Positions 27,180 through 35,107 of a stretch of 44,152 nt of DNA are shown here, piece after piece; position 1 is the stretch's first letter, and each line of letters starts with the position of its first letter. Source of the DNA: Candidatus Zambryskiibacteriota bacterium (GTDB lineage Bacteria; Patescibacteriota; Minisyncoccia; Phycocordibacterales; WO2-35-19); assembly GCA_003233455.1 (NCBI GenBank), contig QILQ01000048.1, positions 1 through 44,152 of the forward strand, read 5' to 3'. The translations under genes and the position numbers were made by a program. The notes below the pieces were generated by a model. That model saw only the letters and a list, made by a program, of their open reading frames with translations, was not told the origin of the DNA and searched no databases.

Positions 27180-28343
27180 TTATTTTTTCTTATGCTTGAT
27201 AATTATTCTCATATAAGGAATAGTAGCCTTACCGTCCTCATTATAATAACCAAGAATTGGATGGTTCTCACTAATTGATCCTGTCCCTCCATTTTGATAA
27301 TAATTATCTACAAATTCTTTATTTAAACCCTTTGGTGTAAGCTCTCTATATAAGTTACCTTGACCTAATCCAATAATTTCAAATTGCTTAGGACTATATT
27401 TACTAAAAAAACTAATTGGCACTCCCATTGCTCCCTTGTAATCACTTGGAATATTTTTAACTTTCGAGACTTCTATGGCATTGTAATTATCGTATTTTTG
27501 AAATGGTTTTTTTGTTACAAATTTAACTACTTCTGCCTTAGTCATTAGTGGCAACGGTTGATGACGTCGCCCATGATCTATATTAGTAAACCAGATTGTT
27601 CCTGCAACAAATGCATATTTTTTGCCATTCTCCTTTTTATGAAAATTTTTATAACTATTGGGCACTTGATACCACACATTTCGTCCATCATTTTTGCCAG
27701 CTCCAAGCCAAATTTTGTTATTCTTCATTAGGGGAAATATTTTTGCATATTTTAAAGCATTCATACCGCCGATAATAATAAATTTTTTATCATAGTCGAC
27801 AAGTTGTTTTAGATACTCTCGAAATAAGCTGAATGGCGGATTTGTTATCACAATATCGGATTGTTTAAGTAGGTTTATACATTCATTACTTTGAAAATCA
27901 CCATCGCCATCAAGCGGTGCCCACTCGTTATTTTTATTTTTCTTTAATTGCAACGCAACATCCTTCAAGTTGAACTGACCGTCGCCGTCTATGTCGTGAA
28001 CTTCGTTGATAATAAATTTGTTCGCAGTAACTTTCGGACGACCTTTTGATTTGGCGAGAGTTTTATCATCGCCAAACAATCCGAGTTGTGTGTTGGCTAC
28101 TGGCGAGGACTTGTAGCTAGTGGTGATAAGTTGTTTCAATCCAAGCTTGTTGAAATTGAGCACGAAGTAGCGAAAGAAATTACTCTCAAACGGATCGTCG
28201 CAGTTGCAATATACCACCTTGCCTCGAAATACCTTAGGATTGTATTCCAAATACGCTTCAATCTCTTTTTGAATATCGCCGTACTGAGTATAAAACTCAT
28301 CGTTCTTTGCCTGTTTTGCGTTTGTAAGATTATTATTTGCCAT
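27180..28343 (-). CDS. Adenine-specific DNA methyltransferase, EcoRI-like family
   Basis: AKNDEFYT, VYCNCDDP, GDGDF, DIVITNPPFSLFREY, IPSDYKGAMGVPI. Confidence 0.92.
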   Translation of the reverse strand: MANNNLTNAKQAKNDEFYTQYGDIQKEIEAYLEYNPKVFRGKVVYCNCDDPFESNFFRYFVLNFNKLGLKQLITTSYKSSPVANTQLGLFGDDKTLAKSKGRPKVTANKFIINEVHDIDGDGQFNLKDVALQLKKNKNNEWAPLDGDGDFQSNECINLLKQSDIVITNPPFSLFREYLKQLVDYDKKFIIIGGMNALKYAKIFPLMKNNKIWLGAGKNDGRNVWYQVPNSYKNFHKKENGKKYAFVAGTIWFTNIDHGRRHQPLPLMTKAEVVKFVTKKPFQKYDNYNAIEVSKVKNIPSDYKGAMGVPISFFSKYSPKQFEIIGLGQGNLYRELTPKGLNKEFVDNYYQNGGTGSISENHPILGYYNEDGKATIPYMRIIIKHKKK

Positions 28344-28345
28344 AA

Positions 28346-28543
28346 TTATTTTATTAAATTATCAACACTCATTTCAAGTGCCTTGGATATTTTTTGCAAA
28401 GTATCAAGTGTTGGGTTTTGGTTTTTACCTGCTTCAATCTTGATTATGGTATTGTTAGCAACATCCGCCAATCTCGCTAATCGCTCTTGCGACAACCCTT
28501 TTTTCTCTCTCGCTTTTCGTAAATTTTTTGAAATGTTGGACAT
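28346..28543 (-). CDS. XRE-family HTH regulator (RM controller-like)
   Basis: LRKAREKKGLSQERLA...IE.G...PTLDTL..I..AL. Confidence 0.92.
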   Translation of the reverse strand: MSNISKNLRKAREKKGLSQERLARLADVANNTIIKIEAGKNQNPTLDTLQKISKALEMSVDNLIK

Positions 28544-28778
28544 AAATATTTTAGATAAAAGATATATTCTCTTTCTACTACTCTAATAGTATATCATATT
28601 TCTAAATTTATAGCGAACCCACAAAAACAAAAATTTCGCCTTTGCGTTTTTATCCTTTTTTTTGCCCCCAATTTTTTTTGAAAAAGGAAAAGGCAAAAGC
28701 GAAGCGTTTCGCTTTGTTACTTGCAATCGCTCTGCGATTGTTTGTCAAAGAAAATTCACGCAAAGGTTGCTATACCGT

Positions 28779-28806
28779 TACCAAATTATTTACAAATAAT
28801 TTTGTG
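28779..28806. repeat. 28-bp imperfect palindrome, right boundary of island, overlapping tRNA-Glu 3' end
   Basis: TACCAAATTATTT-AC-AAATAATTTTGTG; 26/28 identical to 23107-23134 inverted and 24/28 direct. Confidence 0.8.
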
Positions 28807-28876
28807 ACCCTACCGGGAGTTGAACCCGGATTACCGCCTTGAGAAGGCGATGTCCTAACCATTAGACGATAGGGCC
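28805..28876 (-). tRNA. tRNA-Glu(CTC)
   Basis: GGCCCTA acceptor, anticodon loop TTCTCAA, GGTTCAACTCC. Confidence 0.95.
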
Positions 28877-28915
28877 TTTATTAAAACGATTATAACAACT
28901 TTTAAACTAAAATAA

Positions 28916-28953
28916 ACTAAAAGCGTCCTGACATTCGTCAGGAAGCTTTTAGT
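28916..28953 (-). terminator. Hairpin/terminator downstream of small acidic ORF
   Basis: AACTAAAAGC-G-TCCTGAC-ATTC-GTCAGGA-A-GCTTTTAGTT, followed by T-rich sequence on the minus strand. Confidence 0.6.
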
Positions 28954-28972
28954 TTCTAGACTGCTAAATTTC

Positions 28973-29149
28973 TTACTCAGCAGCGGGAGTATCAGTAGCG
29001 GGAGTTGTTGACTCTTCCGCTGGAGTATCGGTAGCGGGAGTAACAGGAACTGTTGACTCTTCTGTAGAAGTAGTAGCAACAGGAGTATCAGTAGCGGGAG
29101 CTGTTGACTCATCTATAGGAGTTGCTCCATCATTGTTTTGATCATCCAT
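28973..29149 (-). CDS. 58-aa acidic Pro/Thr/Ala/Glu repeat protein
   Basis: MDDQNNDGATPIDESTAPATDTPVATTSTEESTVPVTPATDTPAEESTTPATDTPAAE*; synonymous third-position changes between repeats; below the ORF-track cutoff. Confidence 0.7.
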   Translation of the reverse strand: MDDQNNDGATPIDESTAPATDTPVATTSTEESTVPVTPATDTPAEESTTPATDTPAAE

Positions 29150-29276
29150 AATATTTATTATTAAATATAATAATCATACTAGTAATATCGACACCGACTT
29201 TGCCAATGCTATCAAATTATTATAAACAAATCAAGCTTCACCTCTGGATAATGCGTGGAAAAGCATTTTGTATAAT

Positions 29277-30977
29277 TTATTCTGGGCGATCAGGGGGAAT
29301 TTGATAATAATTTATAAGAAATTTAGTAATATCAAGAAAAGGATCGGTTAAAGTTTGAGAAGCGTAAAGAGCTCCTTTAGGGTCGGTATGATAAAGAAAA
29401 ACTAAAAATCTGGGATTATAAGACGGGAAATATCCAAAGAAAGAGTGTAGATATTTACCTTTTACATAACCGGCTTTGCCTTCATCTGTCATTTGAGCAG
29501 TGCCGGTTTTACTGGTTACCGAATAACCTGGAATCTTAACCGTACCGCCACGTAAAGCTTTATCAAATACCTCAGTTAACATTCTGCTTATTTCTTCAGA
29601 AGTTGATTTTTTAATTACTCGTTTACCGGGTGCGAAAGAGATTTTTTTAGTAAGACCATTTTGATATTTTATTTCTTTAACTATATGAGGAGTAATAAGA
29701 GTTCCTCCGTTTGCCAAAACAGAAAGAGCTCGGACAGTAGCAATAGGAGTAAAAGCGACACCTTGACCGTAGGCAGCAGTGGCCATTTCTATTTTTCTCT
29801 TACTATCTAAATTTTTAATAAGACCCCTGCCTTCATTTGGCAGGTCAATACCAGTTTCAGTGCCAACACCAAAACTTTTCATATATTTTGAAAACTTTTT
29901 ATTGCCCATTTTTAAAGCCACATAAGCAGCTCCAGTATTTAGAGATTGACTTAAGACTTGTTGCATATCAATCAATCCCCGACCTCTATTATCATAGTTT
30001 GCGATGCGTCTACCGTTTAAATATAAAAAACCAGCGTCAAAATAAGTGCTGGTAGCGGAAACGGTATTTGAATCAATACCCGAAGCCATAGTTATAGATT
30101 TTACAATAGAACCCATTTCATAAGCATCTTCCACTATTGGATTAGCAAAAAGTCTAACATTACCATCCCTAAAATTATTTAAATTAAATGAAGGACTAGA
30201 AGCCATAGCTACAATTTCTCCATTTATCGGATTTATTATTATGCCACCAGCTTCATTACTTTTCCATTTTTTTCTAATATTTTTTAATTTATTTTCAAGA
30301 AAAGATTGAACAGTCGGTTCAATAGTAGTGATAATATCACCCTCCCCTTTTGGATATTCACTCAGAGAATCTTTAACATTTGAGAAAAATTCGGCAAAAA
30401 AATTATTATAAATTCTTGAAGGATCTCTTTTGAGCACATCTTCGTAATATCTTTCCAATCCATAACGACCCGCTAATTTATTTTTCTTAAAAGCGACAAA
30501 ACCGATAACATTAGCGGCTAATTGTCCCCCCGGATAAAAACGCCATTTGTCGGTAGAAAGAGTTACTCCATAAATATTGAGAGCTTTTATTTTATCAGCA
30601 GTTTCTGAATTTAAATGTTTTGCGATTTCTTCATAAGGATCGTTCTTTTTAGTGGCTTGAGTTAAAAATTTTTCTTTGTTTAAATCTAAAAATTTTTCCA
30701 AATTTTTATAAACTTTCTCAGGGTTTTTAATAATTTTAGGATTTATGGCGACAGTAAAACCGGACCTTGAAATAGCGGCTGGAATAATTTCTCCAGTTCG
30801 GCTTTGAAAATAAATATTTCCCCTATTATAAGGAATGGTATTCTCATTTATATTTTGTCTTTTAGACACTTCAGAGAAAGATTTTCCGTAAACTACCTGT
30901 AAAAAATACAAGCGAACAAATATAACCAAAGCTGCTAAAATTATAAAAACAGAGATGAAACGAATCCTTCCTATCAT
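29277..30977 (-). CDS. ftsI: Class B penicillin-binding protein (FtsI/PBP3-like)
   Basis: N-terminal TM, RGNI, RFYP, GLE, GSIVK (SxxK), SLN, KTGT; follows mraZ-rsmH-ftsL. Confidence 0.88.
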   Translation of the reverse strand: MIGRIRFISVFIILAALVIFVRLYFLQVVYGKSFSEVSKRQNINENTIPYNRGNIYFQSRTGEIIPAAISRSGFTVAINPKIIKNPEKVYKNLEKFLDLNKEKFLTQATKKNDPYEEIAKHLNSETADKIKALNIYGVTLSTDKWRFYPGGQLAANVIGFVAFKKNKLAGRYGLERYYEDVLKRDPSRIYNNFFAEFFSNVKDSLSEYPKGEGDIITTIEPTVQSFLENKLKNIRKKWKSNEAGGIIINPINGEIVAMASSPSFNLNNFRDGNVRLFANPIVEDAYEMGSIVKSITMASGIDSNTVSATSTYFDAGFLYLNGRRIANYDNRGRGLIDMQQVLSQSLNTGAAYVALKMGNKKFSKYMKSFGVGTETGIDLPNEGRGLIKNLDSKRKIEMATAAYGQGVAFTPIATVRALSVLANGGTLITPHIVKEIKYQNGLTKKISFAPGKRVIKKSTSEEISRMLTEVFDKALRGGTVKIPGYSVTSKTGTAQMTDEGKAGYVKGKYLHSFFGYFPSYNPRFLVFLYHTDPKGALYASQTLTDPFLDITKFLINYYQIPPDRPE

Positions 30978-30986
30978 TTTTTTATT

Positions 30987-31313
30987 TTAATCTGTTTTAA
31001 GAGAAAGAGCGGTTTTTCTAGAACCTTTTATTATAAAAATCGGATGCTTAATTTCCACAAAACCCAAACTTAAAGCTTTTTCCGCACCAACGCTATTTTC
31101 AGCAAATAGACGTTTTGATTCCATTTCACTTACTTTTATATTTAAGGATTGTATCTGTATTTTGGTTTTTTCCAAAACGGTAAGATTACGCACCGTTACA
31201 TTCGCAAAATACATATAAAAAAGCGCTGACATTCCAATCAAAACAATAAGACTATAATTGGTAAATTTATTTATTGATAGAGTTTTTGTTTTTTGTTTTA
31301 TTAAATTAGTCAT
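30987..31313 (-). CDS. FtsL-like bitopic cell-division protein
   Basis: Single TM plus coiled coil ending in A..LGF; syntenic position between rsmH and ftsI. Confidence 0.7.
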   Translation of the reverse strand: MTNLIKQKTKTLSINKFTNYSLIVLIGMSALFYMYFANVTVRNLTVLEKTKIQIQSLNIKVSEMESKRLFAENSVGAEKALSLGFVEIKHPIFIIKGSRKTALSLKTD

Positions 31314-32215
31314 ATTTTTTTTATTATTCTCAACTTAGCACTTCTTGACCTTGGATTTTTATTTATTTCATCAATAGTTGGGATGATTGGTTTTTTGTTT
31401 ATAAATTTCGCTTTCTTTTGATTTACTTGTTCTCTAAAAAAATTTTTTACTATTCTATCTTCTAAACTATGGAATGAAATTATAGCCATCCTGCCTTCTT
31501 TTGCTAAAATAGCAAAACCTTTTTCAATACCTTCCTCCAGAGCTTTTAATTCATCATTAACCGCTATTCTAATGGCTTGAAAAGTTCTGGTGGCTGGATG
31601 AATTCGACCAAAACGGTAAGATATCGGCACCGCGTTTTTTATAATCTCTGCCAGTTGAACCGAAGATTTGATTGGCTCTTTCTTCCTATTCTCCACGATA
31701 GCTTTGGCAATCCTTCTGGAATATCTTTCTTCGCCATATCCATAAATTACATCGGCAAGATTTTCCTCAGTCCATTGATTAACAACATCGTAAGCGGTGG
31801 TATCTTCATCTTTAATTTTCCGCTTAAAAGTCATCAATAATGGTTCATCTTTTTGAAAACTAAAACCTCTGCCACTTTTACCGACTGGTGATTCAAGTTG
31901 ATCAGAACTCCAACCAAGATCAAACAGTATTTTAGTCGGATTTTTGATATTAAGCACTTCCGGAACTTTATTAATGTTTCTAAAATTAAATACCGCTAAT
32001 TTTGGTTTGGCTCCAATAAGCTCAAGTCTTTCTTTGCCTATATTTATAGACATTTCATCCGCATCAATGCCGGCGATAGTTACTTTATTTTTCATTTTCC
32101 GCCAAACCTCTTCCATATGACCACCAGAACCTAAAGTAGCGTCCAAATAAATATCTCCATTTTTGAAAGCGAACCCCTCTATTATTTCTTTTAAAAGAAC
32201 ACTTTGGTGAATCAT
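31310..32215 (-). CDS. rsmH: 16S rRNA m4C1402 methyltransferase
   Basis: HQSVLL, DATLGSGGH, DLG.SS.QL, HPATRTFQAIRIAVN, SFHSLEDR, NPRSRSAKLR. Confidence 0.97.
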   Translation of the reverse strand: MIHQSVLLKEIIEGFAFKNGDIYLDATLGSGGHMEEVWRKMKNKVTIAGIDADEMSINIGKERLELIGAKPKLAVFNFRNINKVPEVLNIKNPTKILFDLGWSSDQLESPVGKSGRGFSFQKDEPLLMTFKRKIKDEDTTAYDVVNQWTEENLADVIYGYGEERYSRRIAKAIVENRKKEPIKSSVQLAEIIKNAVPISYRFGRIHPATRTFQAIRIAVNDELKALEEGIEKGFAILAKEGRMAIISFHSLEDRIVKNFFREQVNQKKAKFINKKPIIPTIDEINKNPRSRSAKLRIIKKI

Positions 32216-32653
32216 TTACATTATGCCCAAACCTGATAATTTTTCCGCCAAGCCCAGAGCTTCTTTTTCTACTTGCTTTTTGTAATCAATCCACGACTTC
32301 TCATTCCATATTTCCAATCTATTTTGCACTCCAATTAAAACTACTTTGGTTTTAAGATTAGCGCGATTTCGCAAGAAATCCGGAACCAGAACTCGCCCTA
32401 TGTTATCCACTGTTACTTCACTAGCTCCTCCAAACATATATCTGGTGAAGCTTCGCATATCAGAAGAAAGCATTGATGAATTTTCTGAGAGTTTTTCCGC
32501 TATCTTCTGCCACTCTTTAAGAGTAAAGACGAATAAACATTGATCCAAACCCGGAGCGATAACAATTTTTTTGCCCATAAGAGACCTGATTTTAGATGGC
32601 AGAGAAACTCTGTTTTTATCATCTATCGTGTGTGTATATTCTCCTATAAGCAT
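32216..32653 (-). CDS. mraZ: Transcriptional regulator MraZ
   Basis: GEY.HTIDDKNRV, D..GRVLVP, EIW. Confidence 0.96.
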   Translation of the reverse strand: MLIGEYTHTIDDKNRVSLPSKIRSLMGKKIVIAPGLDQCLFVFTLKEWQKIAEKLSENSSMLSSDMRSFTRYMFGGASEVTVDNIGRVLVPDFLRNRANLKTKVVLIGVQNRLEIWNEKSWIDYKKQVEKEALGLAEKLSGLGIM

Positions 32654-32662
32654 AATAATTGG

Positions 32663-32746
32663 TTATCCACTTCTTCCCACTTAGTTCCATCTTATACCAC
32701 CTCATTATATTCGTCTACCACTTTAACCTGTGGATAAGTGGATAAC
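32663..32746 (-). promoter_or_regulatory. mraZ promoter with 10-bp-phased GTGG repeats and DnaA-box-like sites
   Basis: CCAC/CCAT at 32667, 32677, 32687, 32697; perfect TGTGGATAA at 32729-32737; one-mismatch boxes at 32663 and 32737. Confidence 0.7.
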
Positions 32747-32748
32747 TT

Positions 32749-32776
32749 AAAATTGCCTTAAATTAAGGCAATTTTA
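32749..32776 (-). terminator. Likely lysS terminator
   Basis: AAAATTGCCTTAA/TTAAGGCAATTTT inverted repeat just downstream of the lysS stop. Confidence 0.6.
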
Positions 32777-32799
32777 AAATTTTTTATTTTTAATCTAAT

Positions 32800-34278
32800 T
32801 TATTCCTTTGGTTTCATCAGTGGAAAAGTTTGGAGTTCACGGAGAGGTTTACCAGCTAAAACCGCAAATAGACGCTCACCAAAACCATAACCGCAAGTCG
32901 GTGGCATTCCATACTCCAACATTTCTATAAATTCAAAATCTGGCATCATCGCTTCTTCATCTCCTTCATCAATCAATTTTTGTTGAATCTCAAATCGTTC
33001 TTTTTGGTCTATCGGATCATTCAATTCAGAATAACCTCTACCCACTTCACTGCCAGCGATAATCGGTTGGAACATTTGAGTTACATTTTTTCCTAAAACT
33101 TTTTTAGCTAATGGTGCCACTAAAGAAGGATGATTGATAAGAAAAGCCGGACCGGAAATATTTTTGCGACAATGTTTCCAAAGAGTATCTATCAAACGTT
33201 CTCTATTTGTTCCTTGATAAGAAACTTTAAATTCATCTAATTTATTTTTCATTTCTTCTTCACTCGCTTTTTCAATATTTATGCCGGTTTGTTTTTTAAT
33301 CTCACTCACATAATCAATCTCTCGCCACTCATTATTTAAATCAAAAGTATGTCCATTATATTCAAACTTGGTTTTACCAAAAATTTTTTTGGCGATAATT
33401 TTGTAAAGTTCTTCTACTAATTTCATCCCATCTCGGTAATCAGCATAACCCCAATAAAATTCCATATTTGTAAATTCCTGTAAATGTTCCGGACTAGTGC
33501 CTTCGTTTCTATAAATCCTGCCTATTTCAAAAGTTTTAGGAAAACCAGCCGCCATCAATCTTTTTTGCCATAATTCTCCAACCGAAATCCGTAAATACAT
33601 ATCCAAATCAAAATCATTATGATGAGTTTTAAAAGGTCTGGCCTCGGCACCGCCGGTGGTTAATTCTAAAGTTGGAGTTTCCACTTCCAAAAATTCTCTT
33701 TCTTTAAAAAAGGCTCTGATAACATCCCAAAACTTTGATTTTTTTATTATTAATTTTTTTAATTCACCATTCATTAACAAATCTAAATATCGTTTGCGAT
33801 AACGTTCTTCTGTGTCTTGTAAACCATGCCATTTTTCCGGCAAAGGTCGCAGACTCTTACTTAATATTTTCCAATCGGAAACTTGCATAGTTTTTTCTTT
33901 TCTTTTAGTTATAAAAAGAGTTCCTTTAACTTCTATAAAATCTCCAATATCTATTGTTTCAGTGAATAAATTAAAATCTTTATCGTTTATATTTTCTCTT
34001 TTTTTGAGCAATATTTGAAATTTTCCGGCCTGCCTGCCGTCAAGAGAGGTGCCATCAAAAAGATCTGCGAAAACAATCGCTCCTTGAGCTCGCAAAGCCA
34101 TTATCCTGCCGGCAATAGTTATTGGTTTATTTTCTTTCCGTAGTTTTTCAAATTCTTTTGTTAATTTCCCAATTTCAAAATTTCTATCTGTTTTTGCAGG
34201 ATAAGGATTAACACCCGCTTTTTGCAGTTTTTGCAATTTTTTTAATCTTGCTATCCGAATTTCTTCTAAAGAAGCCAT
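32800..34278 (-). CDS. lysS: Lysine--tRNA ligase (class II)
   Basis: RYRKRYLDL, GGAEARPF, IGRIYRNEG, HLQEFT, YSELNDP, YGMPPT. Confidence 0.97.
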   Translation of the reverse strand: MASLEEIRIARLKKLQKLQKAGVNPYPAKTDRNFEIGKLTKEFEKLRKENKPITIAGRIMALRAQGAIVFADLFDGTSLDGRQAGKFQILLKKRENINDKDFNLFTETIDIGDFIEVKGTLFITKRKEKTMQVSDWKILSKSLRPLPEKWHGLQDTEERYRKRYLDLLMNGELKKLIIKKSKFWDVIRAFFKEREFLEVETPTLELTTGGAEARPFKTHHNDFDLDMYLRISVGELWQKRLMAAGFPKTFEIGRIYRNEGTSPEHLQEFTNMEFYWGYADYRDGMKLVEELYKIIAKKIFGKTKFEYNGHTFDLNNEWREIDYVSEIKKQTGINIEKASEEEMKNKLDEFKVSYQGTNRERLIDTLWKHCRKNISGPAFLINHPSLVAPLAKKVLGKNVTQMFQPIIAGSEVGRGYSELNDPIDQKERFEIQQKLIDEGDEEAMMPDFEFIEMLEYGMPPTCGYGFGERLFAVLAGKPLRELQTFPLMKPKE

Positions 34279-34282
34279 GCTT

Positions 34283-34750
34283 CTATTTTATACCAATTAT
34301 CTTATAAGTAACAGGACCGGAAGGAGTATCAAATGAAAATTCTTCTTTTTTCTTTTTACCCATAACAGCTTTACCAAAAGGAGAACTCATGGAAACTTTA
34401 CCGGAAGAGAGATCAGATTCTTCATTGCCAACTATGGTATAAATGCTTTCATCTTTATTATCATCAGCTTTAACCACTGTTACTGTAGAACCGATTTCCA
34501 CTGATTCAATATTATGAGAGGATACAATAACCGCATTTTTTAGAATAGATTCTAATTTTCGGATTCTGTCTTCCACTACTCCTTGCATATCGCGAGCTTC
34601 GTGATATTCAGCATTTTCAGAAAGGTCACCTAAAGATTTGGCATATTCTAATTTTTCAACCACTTCTTTACGTCTTGTTTTTTTTAAATATTGAAGTTCC
34701 TCGGAAAGAGTTTTATGACTTTCTTTTGTTAAATATTCTTTGTCATTCAT
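34283..34750 (-). CDS. greA: Transcription elongation factor GreA
   Basis: GDLSENAEYH, IVG..E, S..SP.GKA. Confidence 0.96.
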   Translation of the reverse strand: MNDKEYLTKESHKTLSEELQYLKKTRRKEVVEKLEYAKSLGDLSENAEYHEARDMQGVVEDRIRKLESILKNAVIVSSHNIESVEIGSTVTVVKADDNKDESIYTIVGNEESDLSSGKVSMSSPFGKAVMGKKKKEEFSFDTPSGPVTYKIIGIK

Positions 34751-34947
34751 ATTTTTAAATTTGAGATAATTTGAATTTTAAATAATAAACAGCTTTAAAT
34801 AATAAACAACATTGTATTTAATTTCAGCCAAAAGTCAACCTTAAAAAATTCAGTTCCGCGACAAACTAAGATAGAGATAATTCTGTAGATAATGTGCCTT
34901 TTAAACTTCGCTAAAAAAGTGTCTAGTTTTTGAAGAACAGTTCACAG

Positions 34948-35030
34948 TGCGCCGGGTTGGATTCGAACCAACGTAGCCCGAAGGCGATGGTTTTACAGAC
35001 CATTGCGATTGACCGCTCCGCCACCGACGC
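34948..35030 (-). tRNA. tRNA-Tyr(GTA)
   Basis: ATGGT-CTGTAAA-ACCAT anticodon arm, long variable arm, GGTTCGAATCC. Confidence 0.96.
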
Positions 35031-35107
35031 ATATTTACCAAAAAAGTTTACCAGAAATTACTCCCCTTTACCAGTATTTACTCATAAATTAACTCTAGAA
35101 TCTATTT

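Larger units (their letters stand above)
23107..28806 (-). mobile_element. Putative tRNA-Glu-anchored defence island (no recombinase gene inside)
   Basis: Five co-oriented accessory genes between two copies of a 28-bp palindrome, one abutting the tRNA-Glu 3' end. Confidence 0.6.

Noticed and set aside
28855-29112. 85-aa Leu-rich ORF from the ORF track
   Set aside because: Alternative frame of the acidic repeat gene; it overlaps tRNA-Glu and the terminator, and repeat variation is synonymous in the 28973-29149 frame.
32655-32800. Replication origin at the DnaA-box cluster
   Set aside because: Only one perfect box in a 145-bp gap, no dnaA/dnaN adjacent, and the region is explained by the mraZ promoter and lysS terminator.
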